A DNA stretch of 64,000 nt. Source: Sedimentisphaerales bacterium. Its GTDB lineage: Bacteria > Planctomycetota > Phycisphaerae > Sedimentisphaerales > SM23-30. The translations under genes and the position numbers were made by a program. Within the stretch, counting starts at the first letter, position 1. The number at the start of each line of letters is the position of its first letter. Of this stretch, positions 30,966 through 41,269 are shown in pieces. Below the pieces are notes generated by a model that saw only the letters and a list, made by a program, of their open reading frames with translations, made no database searches and was not told where the DNA came from. The stretch spans positions 320,001-384,000 of the forward strand of contig CAXXMR010000009.1 of assembly GCA_963663805.2 (NCBI GenBank). Reading direction: 5' to 3'.

Positions 30966-31053
30966 TCGCGGTGTTTTTTCGGCGCGGAATTGGCTCAGAA
31001 GACCGATTTTTACACATTTTTGAACGTTTTTTTGTTTTTTTCACGTTTTTTTA

Positions 31054-32502
31054 CAATCCTGTTCGGCACATTTATTGCTCAAATACAGTTTTTCTGTGGT
31101 CTTTGCAGTTCATATGATTTAGCGGGGATTACCCCTCAGTGGGACTGTCGGCACTGGTTATTTTGGCGCAGCATCAGCGGCAGCGGCGATTTTTTTGAGG
31201 ATCGGCCTTAGTTTTGGCTTTGGAGTTTATTGATATGGTTCTGCATTTCTTGCTCGTCGGCCATGCCGCAGAGGTGCCAGCAGAGCATTTCGTAGGTTCT
31301 TAAAGTTGGTTTTTTGCCCGTCCACAGGCTGATCAGCATACAGGCGATAATCGCGGCGTACATCTGTAGTTCGATACCGTTTTCGCAGAGGCTTAGCAGA
31401 TGTCGGCAGCCCAGCACATGCTTAAAAAAGCGGAAAAATATTTCGATGGCCCAGCGTTTCTGATAGAGCAGGGCAATGACTTCGGCGTCCAGGTCCAGCC
31501 GGTCGGTGGCAATCAAAATCATCTCACTCTGACGTGGTCCCTGGCCCCGTTTCAAATGCGGTTGACATTCAACCGCTATCAGGCGTAACGGTTGTTTGAA
31601 ATCTTCCCGCAGTTTTTCACTGCTGCCGGCGATTACCGTACGATCAAAAATTATCCCCGCTTTTCGAGCATCTTCAGTTAAAGGTTTTTCCTGAATAGTT
31701 TCGTAAACCGTATCCTCACGCAGCCGACAGACAAAAGAGCTTTTACTATCCACAATGGCCTGAAACAGCTTAAAACAGGCATATCCGCGATCATTGACAT
31801 AAATCCGGCCGGGCTGAAGATTCTCTAAAAAAACCTTTCGCTCATCAGACTTGTCTTCACTGATATTTATTTTCAGAGGCACATATTTTTCCAGATCAAA
31901 CTGAGTGTGTGCTTTAATTCCGGGTTTGTCGGTGTCCCAGGCAGCCTGAGTGAGTTTTTGCAAAGCCTGAATACTGCTGCCGTCCACCAGGGTAATGACC
32001 TGACCGACTTCCAGTTTTTTGTCCTGAGATATCGGCCCTAACTGCTCAGTGAGTTGAGCGATTATCGGCTCTAACAAAGAACTCTCAAAAACCCGGGATG
32101 CTTCCGAAAGCGAACCCAGCGAAGCACGCGAACAACCCAACAGCCGCTGTACCTTTTTGAGCTCGCCGGCCTGCTGCAAAGACCGGATGGAACTGCAGAT
32201 CGGATTGAACATGTATAACAGCAGCAGACTGACATACTGGTCCATGAATAATGTGCGATTGCCGGCCCGGTCCCGCTCACATCCCGCCGAGTGAAGACCT
32301 TTCAGCAGAGCCGAGAGGGACTTGAAATACTTGAACCCACGCAGGTCCCGCTCCTGGATTTTTTTACGCTTAGCACTCATGCCTCCTATTAGAGCATAAA
32401 TATCCCTCGAGCGCAAATTACCTATCTTAACATTTCGGGTTTTTTTTAAAAAAAATACAGGAGGCCAAAAGCCTAAAGCAATAAATGTGCCGAACAGGAT
32501 TG
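31054..32502 (-). mobile_element. Complete IS4-family insertion sequence (1449 bp)
   Basis: Perfect 26-bp TIRs caatcctgttcggcacatttattgct (31054-31079 / 32477-32502); 9-bp direct target duplication gttttttta (31045-31053 / 32503-32511). Confidence 0.95.
31208..32380 (-). CDS. IS4-family DDE transposase
   Basis: VDGS, NDRGY, Y..RW.IE.FFR (YREK) motifs; GGAGG RBS before ATG 32380. Confidence 0.95.
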   Translation of the reverse strand: MSAKRKKIQERDLRGFKYFKSLSALLKGLHSAGCERDRAGNRTLFMDQYVSLLLLYMFNPICSSIRSLQQAGELKKVQRLLGCSRASLGSLSEASRVFESSLLEPIIAQLTEQLGPISQDKKLEVGQVITLVDGSSIQALQKLTQAAWDTDKPGIKAHTQFDLEKYVPLKINISEDKSDERKVFLENLQPGRIYVNDRGYACFKLFQAIVDSKSSFVCRLREDTVYETIQEKPLTEDARKAGIIFDRTVIAGSSEKLREDFKQPLRLIAVECQPHLKRGQGPRQSEMILIATDRLDLDAEVIALLYQKRWAIEIFFRFFKHVLGCRHLLSLCENGIELQMYAAIIACMLISLWTGKKPTLRTYEMLCWHLCGMADEQEMQNHINKLQSQN

Positions 32503-32514
32503 GTTTTTTTACGA

Positions 32515-34221
32515 TTATTTGGGGGTGTTTTCTGTTTTTTGGTCGGGTTTCTGTTCGTCCATTCGGCGGAGTGATTCGAAGTTGCAGATTCTGATGAGGG
32601 GCAGGTTGTCGGGGCCGGTGATGAGATTATTTTTGGCATCGAGCGAGAGCAGGATGTGGGTGCCGCGGAAATAGAGGTCTTCTATGCCGCGTGCTTTCAA
32701 CTGCTCGTTTACGCGGCGCATGAGCTGGAAATATTGTTCCTTGTCGATGATGTGGTTTCGGTAGGCACCGAGGGCGTTGATGGCGGAATAATAGTTTCCG
32801 TCATAGCTAGCGAGCATTTCGTCGGAGCCGTTCCAGTAGCCGAGTATCATGATATATTCGTGCCCTTCCTGAAGGATGGGTCGGCCCTGATGGGGGCAGC
32901 ACATGCCGGTGTGTGATTTGTATCGGGAGCGGTCGAGGAAGCGTTCGGAGATATTTGATTTGGTGCCGCTCATATAGATTGCTCGTGGGTATATAGTTGC
33001 CAAATCTTTGCGGTTGAGTTCCAGAGCGAGTGAGAATTCTTCGAAGGGGCTGTTATAGCCGAATTCAAATTTGGCATGTTCGTATTCATTGAAGGGGTCG
33101 GCGTCGGGCTGTTCGCCGACTTTGGATATTTTGAGGACGAGATGGATGTCGTCTTTGGAGACGGTATAGTAGAGGTCGTGATATAGTGACAGTTTGGTGC
33201 GTTTGGTATCAAGCCATTTTTCGGGCAGGAAATAGTCGAAAAGTCGTGCGTCGTTGCCGACGACCCAGAGCCGTCCTTTGGTTTCGGGCACGTCGCCATA
33301 GATATAGGGCACCTGGAAGATATTTACTCGTTTCATTTTGAATTCGCTGATGGGGTGATATTCCAGGCGTTTGGGCATCATGGCGAGATAGCCGCTGCGT
33401 CTTTTTTTGCGGACGATTTTTTCGAGTTTTTCGGTTCGCTGCATGAGTTCGTAGTCAACATAGCCATAGACCAGGCTGGAGTCGCCGGCCCGGAGCAGGT
33501 TGCTGCCGATGGGTTTTAGGATGACATGGATGGCTTTGTTGTCTCTGACATGGTATCCGCATGCCTGTATCTCTCTGTCGGCCCGGCGGGTTATGGCCAG
33601 GGCTTCATCTTCGCTGAGGTATCCAAGTTTCATGGCCTGGATCGCGTCGAGTCCGTCAATCCATCGGTAAATCATTATGTAGCTGCGGTCGATGTCGATT
33701 TTGATGTCGCCTTTGTGGCGGTTTACGACATGGTTCATGATGTAGTCTTTTCGGACATCGCGCAGGTAGTCTTTTTTTGCCGAGGGTATATAGATTGCCA
33801 GGGGCTCCTGAAGTTCGATGCTTTTGTGGAGGTAGCTGACGTTTTCGTAGAGTTCCTGTACGTGCTGGAATTCTTCGAACGGGCTGAGGAATGACGCACC
33901 GTTGAATTCGGGGTCGTCCGGTTCAATTCCAGGGATGTCCTGGCCCATACGGTTCCATTTGATGACGATTCTGGAGCTTTTGCCGCGGGCGGGCTTGGTG
34001 GTGACTTTGTAGACTATGCTGGTACCGTTAAGTTTTTCGCTGTGGGTATCGAACCATTTTTCGTCGAGCAGGAAATTATCGGGCAGGAGGTTTGGTCCGT
34101 GCTTGAGGCCGTAGCGGGTGACGAACAGTTCATCGTCATTATCAAGCAGGAAATATTTATAGTTTACATCGAGGATTTTTTTGTCGAGCGATTCATGTGT
34201 TTGCAGTAAATTATTTTCCAT
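32515..34221 (-). CDS. Hypothetical protein with two tandem atypical kinase-like repeats
   Basis: Internal duplication (SPFEEF twice, P.AIY twice); first half has VIK, RDNKAIHVIL and VDYE. Confidence 0.65.
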   Translation of the reverse strand: MENNLLQTHESLDKKILDVNYKYFLLDNDDELFVTRYGLKHGPNLLPDNFLLDEKWFDTHSEKLNGTSIVYKVTTKPARGKSSRIVIKWNRMGQDIPGIEPDDPEFNGASFLSPFEEFQHVQELYENVSYLHKSIELQEPLAIYIPSAKKDYLRDVRKDYIMNHVVNRHKGDIKIDIDRSYIMIYRWIDGLDAIQAMKLGYLSEDEALAITRRADREIQACGYHVRDNKAIHVILKPIGSNLLRAGDSSLVYGYVDYELMQRTEKLEKIVRKKRRSGYLAMMPKRLEYHPISEFKMKRVNIFQVPYIYGDVPETKGRLWVVGNDARLFDYFLPEKWLDTKRTKLSLYHDLYYTVSKDDIHLVLKISKVGEQPDADPFNEYEHAKFEFGYNSPFEEFSLALELNRKDLATIYPRAIYMSGTKSNISERFLDRSRYKSHTGMCCPHQGRPILQEGHEYIMILGYWNGSDEMLASYDGNYYSAINALGAYRNHIIDKEQYFQLMRRVNEQLKARGIEDLYFRGTHILLSLDAKNNLITGPDNLPLIRICNFESLRRMDEQKPDQKTENTPK

Positions 34222-34270
34222 GGCAGGATTATAGCCGATTGCGGCTTAGGGTCAAATCACAATAGTTTTG

Positions 34271-34330
34271 AAGAAGGCAAGAGGCATTAGGGATGAGGCA
34301 AGAGTGAACGGCTCGGTTTCGGCCTTTGGC
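34271..34330 (+). repeat. Degenerate heptamer-based repeat, copy 1 (copy 2 at 35432-35485)
   Basis: aagaaggca...atgaggcaagag.g.aacggc.cggt...gcctt.ggc present on both sides of gene 34403-35443. Confidence 0.6.
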
Positions 34331-34402
34331 GAAGTTATTTTATTTTTCCGGCGTTGGCCAGGAAATATTGTTGCACATAGTGAAATTTAGAAAGGGAATC
34401 TT

Positions 34403-35443
34403 ATGGCAGGTAAGAAGTTGTCATTTGCCGGTGCTGACAAAATTGGAAATCATTTACAGGTAGGGGGGATTGAGACTTCGGTGCTAGACGACGGGCCGGG
34501 TCGTGGGTTGCGGGTTGCGTGGATAAATACTGGTACGCCGCTGCGTTATAAGGTTGTTATTGACCGTGGTTTGGATATTGCCGAGGCTTTTTATGGTGAG
34601 CATAGTCTGGCTTGGCTGAGCCGGGGCGGGGTTTGCGGGTCGCGTTCGGCGGCTACTACGGGTCTGGAATGGCTTTATGGTTTTGGTGGTGGACTGCTGA
34701 CGACCTGTGGTCTGCGTCATGTCGGCGGGCCGGAAGAAGATGCGGGTGAGAGTTTCGGGCTGCATGGCCGGTACAGTAATCTGGCGGGGCGGGTGGAGTC
34801 GATAATTCAGCCGGATCCGACGCTGGGTAAGATGGATATGTCGATAACGGGGATTGTGGAGGAGTCGCGGGTTTTTGGGCCGCATTTGCAGTTGCGGCGG
34901 ACAATTTCGGGGCGGCTGGGCGAGCCGGTGATACGTATCAGGGATGAGGTGGTGAATCGGGCCAATACCCCTGTTGAACATATGATATTGTACCATATCA
35001 ATTTTGGCTGGCCTCTGGTGGATGAGGGTGCGAAGCTTTTATGGGCGGGGGCGTGGCAGTCCTTTGGTCGGGAACAGGATAATTCGATATTCCGGGATGG
35101 TGTGGATGTTAAACGCTGTTCGGGCGTTTTGTCGGAGCATAGCGGCAGTGGTGAGGCCTGCTGTTATGTGGATATGAAGGCTGATAAGAAGGGGATTTGC
35201 CAGGCGGGGGTAGTTAATGATAAGCTGGGGCTGGGCAGTTTAATCACCTTCAAAAAGAAGCAATTACCGTGGTTGACGAACTGGCAGCACTGGGGTCAAA
35301 ATGAGTATGTTACCGCCCTGGAGCCTTGCAGTTGCCCTCCCTTTGGCCGTGAGAAGGCGAGAAAAGAGAAGGCCCTGGTTTGCATCAGGCCGGGCGGCAA
35401 GAGGGTGTACGAGCTGGAAATCGCAGCGTTTAAGAAGGCATAA
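34403..35443 (+). CDS. Aldose 1-epimerase superfamily protein (DUF4432-like)
   Basis: DRGLDIAEA, FGGGLLTTCGL.HVG.P, LHGRYSN, MILYHINFGWPL, YVTALEP. Confidence 0.88.
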   Translation: MAGKKLSFAGADKIGNHLQVGGIETSVLDDGPGRGLRVAWINTGTPLRYKVVIDRGLDIAEAFYGEHSLAWLSRGGVCGSRSAATTGLEWLYGFGGGLLTTCGLRHVGGPEEDAGESFGLHGRYSNLAGRVESIIQPDPTLGKMDMSITGIVEESRVFGPHLQLRRTISGRLGEPVIRIRDEVVNRANTPVEHMILYHINFGWPLVDEGAKLLWAGAWQSFGREQDNSIFRDGVDVKRCSGVLSEHSGSGEACCYVDMKADKKGICQAGVVNDKLGLGSLITFKKKQLPWLTNWQHWGQNEYVTALEPCSCPPFGREKARKEKALVCIRPGGKRVYELEIAAFKKA

Positions 35444-35485
35444 GGCATGAGGCAAGAGGGTAACGGCGCGGTGCCTGCCTTCGGC
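35432..35485 (+). repeat. Degenerate heptamer-based repeat, copy 2
   Basis: aagaaggcataaggcatgaggcaagagggtaacggcgcggtgcctgccttcggc. Confidence 0.6.
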
Positions 35486-35866
35486 AGGGGTGCGTATCGC
35501 ACTAATAAATCGCCGCGGTCGTTAGGCGTATTTGACGCTTCCGCTGGTTGCTTTCTCGGTTGGCAAGTAACTTAACGGCGTGATGTGTTTTATTTTCAAA
35601 CAAGAAAAAAAAGAGATTTGACCCCTTTTTCCACTCTTACGCGGCTCGGTTTTTGGTTGGGGAATCGTCAAGTCTGATAATTAAAATGTCTTTAGCGGCC
35701 TTAATGGGGCTATTTTTTATTTGTTTATTAGCAGTAGTTTATGTCTATTGACTTAATATATTTATGGACACTTGGTAGTTAGTACAGGGTTTTTTTGCTG
35801 TTGATTTTCTGGTTTTAATGTGCGATAGTATTATTAGAGCGTTGGTTCCAGGAAAGGAGCGAAACC

Positions 35867-37595
35867 ATGGCGAAGCTCAAATCTGAATCATTGGGGGAGT
35901 TGTTAAGGCAGGCCCATTATTCACCTGAGAATCAGCGGATAATCCAGATAGACGCCTGTGAGGCTTTGCTCCATTTGGTTCAGCCGGGTCGTAATTACCC
36001 ATTTGAATTTGTGTGTTTTCACCTGACCGGTTATCGGCCCAAGCGGATGGATGACCCAGAACTTCTGAGCTACGATACTCTGGTTCATGATCTGCCGGCC
36101 TACGGGGAAAAGCTGAGTCTGTCGGTTCGAATTTCCTATATTGAGGCGGGTAAAGGTCGTAAGGTTTATACGGTTGAGTCTCTGGCTCGTCAGTACCGGA
36201 TAAGTGACAAGACTATCAGTCGCTGGCGGTGTAAAGGTCTGGTTGGTCGATATATGATTTTTCCGGACGGGAGAAAGCGTCTGGGGTTTCTTTCGAGCAG
36301 TGTTGATTGGTTCGTGAAGCAGAATCGGGTTTTGGTGGACCGGTCGAAGAATTTCAGCCATATTTCAGCTCGTGAGAAGGCTGATATAGTGAAACGTTTG
36401 CAGCGGTGGAGTGAGCTGGCGGGGGGGTGTCGTCAGGAGGCGATACGGCGGACGGCCCGTTATTTTGAACGTTCGGCAGAGTCGATACGGACGATTCTGG
36501 TTGAACATGAGCATAAGACGGATATGGAGGGCAAGCGAGAGCTTTTTGGACGGCGGGCGTCAGAAGCGGATTTGGCAGGTCGTCTGGAGATTTTCAAGGA
36601 TTTCGAGCAGGGTTTTTCAGTGCCGGATTTGATGAAGAAATATGGGCGGAGCCGTTCTAATATTTATCATTGTGTGAATGTGGTTTCGGGCTGAGCGGCT
36701 GATGGCATTGGATATTGAATATATTCGCAGTGCTGAATTTGAACGGGAGGGAGCAGAGGAAGAGTTATTGACTGACCGTTTGGGGGTTTTGGCTGAGGTG
36801 ATGGCGGGTGGCGTTGAGAACAAAGGCAAGTCTTTGTCGGCGGTTAATTCGCTGGCGACTTATGTACGTGATATTTGCACTTCTCCGCTTTTGACGGCGC
36901 GGCAGGAGCGGGCGATGTTTGCTCGTTATAATTATCTGAAGTATCGGGCGTCGCAATGGCAGCGTGAGATAGATGTGGTCAGGCCTTCGGCTCGTTTGCT
37001 GGCGGATATCAAGCGTGCCTTGCATGAGGCTGAGCAGTTGAAGAATCAACTGATACGTTGTAATTTGCGGCTGGTGGTAAGTTCGGCGCGTAAGCATACT
37101 CGCTATGATAATCAGATGATGGAAATGATAAGCGAGGGGAATCTGGCTTTGTTGAACTCGGTGGAGAAGTTTGATTACAGTCGTGGGGTTCGGTTTAGTA
37201 CTTACGCGACGTGGGCGATTGTGCGGCAGTTTGCGGGGTATTGGGGCAAGGTTCAGAATCAGGCGGCCATTAATATGTCCGATGAGATGCTGGAGATTGC
37301 CCGTGATTTGCGGATGGTTGACAGTCGGGTGCTGGAGGTTGAGTCGGCGCGGCGGAGTCTGGAAGAAGTTATGGCAGATACGCTGGAGCAGCGTGAGCAT
37401 TATATTGTTACCGAGCATTACGGGCTGACGGACGAGCGGAGGGTTCCGGAACAACGTAAGGGGCGGAGTTTGAGCCAGATAGGCGAGATTCTGGGTATCA
37501 GCAAGGAGCGGGTGCGGCAGGTTGAATTGATAGCTTTGCAGAAACTGCGTAAGGCGATGACCGTGCCGCAGTTTGAGGCATTGGTGGGCGGTTGA
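35867..37595 (+). CDS. Sigma-70 family RNA polymerase sigma factor with long N-terminal HTH extension (one apparent +1 frameshift at 36684-36686)
   Basis: Region 2 NLRLVVS.A...EGNLALLNSVEKFDYSRGVRFSTYATWAI; region 4 SLSQIGEILGISKERVRQVE. Removing one T of GTTTCGG fuses ORFs 35867-36694 and 36678-37595 (NVVRAERL). Confidence 0.88.
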
Positions 37596-37633
37596 TTTTC
37601 AGGCTGGACAAACTGGAAGTTCTAAGCCCTAGG

Positions 37634-37815
37634 CCAGATAAACTGGAAATTCTAAGCACTAAATTCTAAATCCTAAACAAATTCTAAACTTAAAAATCAA
37701 AATAACACAAACAACGACAATATTTAACCGCGGATTACACGGATTTTAACGGCAACGGCACCGCTTACTTACGTACGCGGCTCTGATAAATGGTTGCCAT
37801 TTTGCGCAAAATTTA
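37634..37815. repeat. Dispersed intergenic repeat, copy 2
   Basis: Same blocks and orientation as 3497-3657, with extra heptamer units (gcactaa attctaa atcctaa). Confidence 0.85.
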
Positions 37816-37837
37816 ATTTTTAATCTCTTTGGGTTCT

Positions 37838-38428
37838 TTAATTTTTGATGAGGCTGAGGATTTCGTTTCGGCTGCGGACGTCGGAACGGAATACGCCGAG
37901 CATGGCTGAAGTTACCATTGATGATCCGGGTTTTTTGACGCCGCGGATGGTCATGCAGGTGTGGGTTGCTTCGACGATTACGGCGGCGCCGCGTGCGTCG
38001 GTTTCCTGCATAATGAACTCGGCGATCTGGGTGGTGAGGCGTTCCTGAATCTGGGGTCGGCAGGCGAAGTCGTTGACGATTCGGGCGAGTTTGCTGAGCC
38101 CGATAACTTTTTCGCCGGGCAGGTAGCCGACGTGTGCCCGTCCGATGAAGGGCAGCAGATGGTGTTCGCAGACGCTGTGGAAAGGTATGTCTTTGAGCAG
38201 TACAACCTCGTCGTATTTTTCGGTGAAGCCGCTGATGAGATGGCGGCGAGGGTCGGCGTGCATACCGCTGAATAGTTCGGCGTACATGCGGGCGACGCGT
38301 TGGGGAGTTGATTTTAGCCCTTCGCGTTCGGGGTTTTCACCGACGGCCACGAGGATTTCGCGTACGGCTTTTTCGATGCGATTGAGGTCGATTTTTTTAT
38401 TTGGTGAATCGGTCATATTATTGTCCAT
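37838..38428 (-). CDS. folE: GTP cyclohydrolase I
   Basis: [48 protein letters not shown]; exact start uncertain. Confidence 0.97.
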   Translation of the reverse strand: MDNNMTDSPNKKIDLNRIEKAVREILVAVGENPEREGLKSTPQRVARMYAELFSGMHADPRRHLISGFTEKYDEVVLLKDIPFHSVCEHHLLPFIGRAHVGYLPGEKVIGLSKLARIVNDFACRPQIQERLTTQIAEFIMQETDARGAAVIVEATHTCMTIRGVKKPGSSMVTSAMLGVFRSDVRSRNEILSLIKN

Positions 38429-38452
38429 ATAGTGTTTTTGAGTCAATTTAGT

Positions 38453-39961
38453 TTATTTGAGATTGCGAAGATGTTCCAGGACCATTTTGACGGGAATACC
38501 GGTGGCCCCGGCGGCACGGTAGGGTTTTTCTTTGGTGGTGTCGGCAGTGGCGGCGATGTCGATGTGTGCCCAGGGTATGTTTTCGACGAATGAGCCGAGG
38601 AATGCCGCGGCGATACATGAACCGCCTGCGCGTCCGGCGGCATTTACCAGGTCGGAGACTGTGCCTTTCATATCTTCGAGGTATTCGGGGCCGGAGGGCA
38701 GGTGCCAGACATTTTCTCCGCTGATTTGGGCGGCGGTCTGGATTTGCTCGATGAGTTGGTCATTATTGCTGAACAGGCCGGAGCGATGTCGACCGAGAGC
38801 TACCACGCAGGCACCGGTTAAAGTTGCCATGTCTATGATGGCGTCGGGTTTCATTTTGGCAGCGTAGCTGAGTGCGTCGCAAAGGATGAGTCGGCCTTCG
38901 GCGTCGGTGTTTTTTATTTCAACGGTTTGGCCGCTATAGGTTTTGATAATGTCGTCGGGTCGATAGCTTTGATGCGAAGGCATGTTTTCCACTGCGGGGA
39001 TGAGTCCTATGAGTTTGAGTGGCAGTTTGAGTTCGGCTACGGCGGTGATGATGCCGAGTATGCTACATCCGCCGGCTTTGTCGAATTTCATGGTATCCAT
39101 CAGGTTTGGTAGTTTGAGGTCCAGTCCGCCGGAATCGAAGGTAACGGCTTTGCCGACCAGGGCGACGTCGATATTTTTTTTCTTAGTACCGGCGTATTCG
39201 AGCATAATCAGGCAGGGGCGGTTGGCTGAGCCTGAGCCGACGGCGAGGATGGTGTTCATGCCCATTTTCTTGAGTTGTTTTTCGTTGAAGACCGTGCATT
39301 TGAGCTGGTATTTTCGGGCGAGCTTGCGGGCTTGTTCGGCCAGGACGGCAGGGTTGACTTCGTTGCCGGGACGGTTGGTAATTTCGCGGACTCGGTTTTG
39401 GGCGTTGGCGAGTATGGTTCCGAGTTTGCCCCCCTTTCTGAACGCGGCGGATAGTTTTTCCGTGGGAGGGATGATGGTAAGCTGAAAATTATCGGTCGTG
39501 CGTTTGTCCGGTTTGAGGAATTCGCGATAATTGTAGCGACCAGCCAGTGCACCTTCGGTAATTGACTGGGCGAGTTTTTCGGGGCTGATAGTTTTGGGTA
39601 CTTCGGCGGTGAACACAGCCGCGGATTTCAGGGCGAGTTTATCGGCGTGTCTCAGGGCTGTTCCCAGTGTCTGCCGGTAAGTTTCAGGGGTAATTTTATC
39701 ATGTTCGCCCATTCCGGCGAGCATCAGGCGGGAACAGGGGAGTTTTTCGTCCAGATAAATAACGCTCGTTTCGTTGGGCTGAGCCTGAAAATCACCGAGT
39801 CTGAGGACATTTGAGACTGTATTTTTCAAGGTCTTCTCAAGTGAGGCGGCGGGTTTACCATCTGCCGCGAGGGGTATTATAATCAGGTCCCCGCGATATT
39901 GCGTGAGAGGGCAGGATTTGATTTTAACGGTGGTTTTCGGTGGTTTCTGGGCCATAGCCAT
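38453..39961 (-). CDS. pepA: Leucyl aminopeptidase (M17)
   Basis: GKAVTFDSGGLDLK, MKFDKAG, NTDAEGRLIL.D, ATLTGA. Confidence 0.95.
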   Translation of the reverse strand: MAMAQKPPKTTVKIKSCPLTQYRGDLIIIPLAADGKPAASLEKTLKNTVSNVLRLGDFQAQPNETSVIYLDEKLPCSRLMLAGMGEHDKITPETYRQTLGTALRHADKLALKSAAVFTAEVPKTISPEKLAQSITEGALAGRYNYREFLKPDKRTTDNFQLTIIPPTEKLSAAFRKGGKLGTILANAQNRVREITNRPGNEVNPAVLAEQARKLARKYQLKCTVFNEKQLKKMGMNTILAVGSGSANRPCLIMLEYAGTKKKNIDVALVGKAVTFDSGGLDLKLPNLMDTMKFDKAGGCSILGIITAVAELKLPLKLIGLIPAVENMPSHQSYRPDDIIKTYSGQTVEIKNTDAEGRLILCDALSYAAKMKPDAIIDMATLTGACVVALGRHRSGLFSNNDQLIEQIQTAAQISGENVWHLPSGPEYLEDMKGTVSDLVNAAGRAGGSCIAAAFLGSFVENIPWAHIDIAATADTTKEKPYRAAGATGIPVKMVLEHLRNLK

Positions 39962-40222
39962 GTCCTTGTTACAAATATTACAGCGTATTTAACTAATCGC
40001 TATAATCCTAACGGGAATCTGATGATAGTCAACGTTGTTATCGGAACGTGTTTTTTGCGTATGATAATCTGGGGTAATTTCGGGGGATTGGGGTTTATTT
40101 GGTTTAAATTTTTGCCGATAGGTTCTTTGCGGAGACCGTCTTACGGGATGGTCCGGGAATGTTAAGGGCGGGTCGGAAATGGCCGGCCTGACAATTGGTT
40201 CGAACCTGGAAAGGACCTGAAA

Positions 40223-41143
40223 ATGGATATTAATCTGGATTGCAATGCCGCAGTGGCAACCCCTCGTGACCCTCATGAAATCTGGCAGATATTGAAGAAT
40301 GCCGAAGATTTGCCGACTTTGCCGGAAGTGGCCATTCGTCTTCAGGAAACTGTGGATGACCCGCACAGCTCGGCGCGGGATGTTGCCAGGATTATCGGTG
40401 ATGACCCGGCGATCGCGACGAAGGTATTGAAGGTTGTTAATTCGGTATTTTACGCCCCGACTCAGGGTGAGCCGATTACGGAATTGCAGTTTGCTATTGC
40501 CCGTCTGGGTTTTGTGACGGTGGTTAATATCGCGTTGAGTACGAGCATATTCCAGGCGTTCAGCCGGACTCAGATGCCGATATTTGACCGTCGGGAGTTC
40601 TGGAAACATTCAATATGTGTTGGGATTGTGGCAACGGTTCTTTATGATTTTTGTGCCAATCATGTCAGTCAGCATCTGACACGCGACCAGATTCATCTGG
40701 CGGGTATCGTGCATGATATGGGCAAGATTTTGTTTGAGCGTTACGCCAATGAGGAATTTCACATGGCGTTGGATAATGCCCGCAAGGAAGATTTGCCAGC
40801 GATGAAGGAAGAAGCCCGGATGATAGGTTTGGGCCATGACGAGGCGGGGGGCTGGCTGGCCGAGAAGTGGAAGCTGGGCCCGGCGATCGAGGCGGCGGTG
40901 CGTTGGCACCATGAGCCTTTGAGTTGTCCGGATGAGAATTTACAGGGTCTGGTGGAGCTGATTCATATGGCTGATTATATCTGCCATAATCAGGAATTGG
41001 GCGACAGCGGTAATCCTTTTCCGATTTATGAGTCTGGTGTGCGGGAGAGGCTGGGCCTGACACCGGACAAGATTGGCGAACTGATGGGTATCGTCAGGAT
41101 TGACGCGGCCAATTCGGATGTGCTGCTGTCGCTGAGCGAATAA
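40223..41143 (+). CDS. HDOD domain protein
   Basis: LPTLPEVA, DPAIATKVLKVVNSVFY, FWKHS, AGIVHDMGK, HDEAGGWLAEKWKL. Confidence 0.93.
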   Translation: MDINLDCNAAVATPRDPHEIWQILKNAEDLPTLPEVAIRLQETVDDPHSSARDVARIIGDDPAIATKVLKVVNSVFYAPTQGEPITELQFAIARLGFVTVVNIALSTSIFQAFSRTQMPIFDRREFWKHSICVGIVATVLYDFCANHVSQHLTRDQIHLAGIVHDMGKILFERYANEEFHMALDNARKEDLPAMKEEARMIGLGHDEAGGWLAEKWKLGPAIEAAVRWHHEPLSCPDENLQGLVELIHMADYICHNQELGDSGNPFPIYESGVRERLGLTPDKIGELMGIVRIDAANSDVLLSLSE

Positions 41144-41269
41144 CTTTCAAAAAACATACAAATACGTACTTTAACGGCAGTTTCGTGATATTTCGCGGAC
41201 TGCCGTTTATTTTTTGTCACAGGATGGTATAATATCTGAAAAGGATGAACTTTGCGAAAGGATAAGAAT

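Noticed and set aside
37608..37700. CRISPR-like array
   Set aside because: Short degenerate heptamers without unique spacers; no cas genes in the window.
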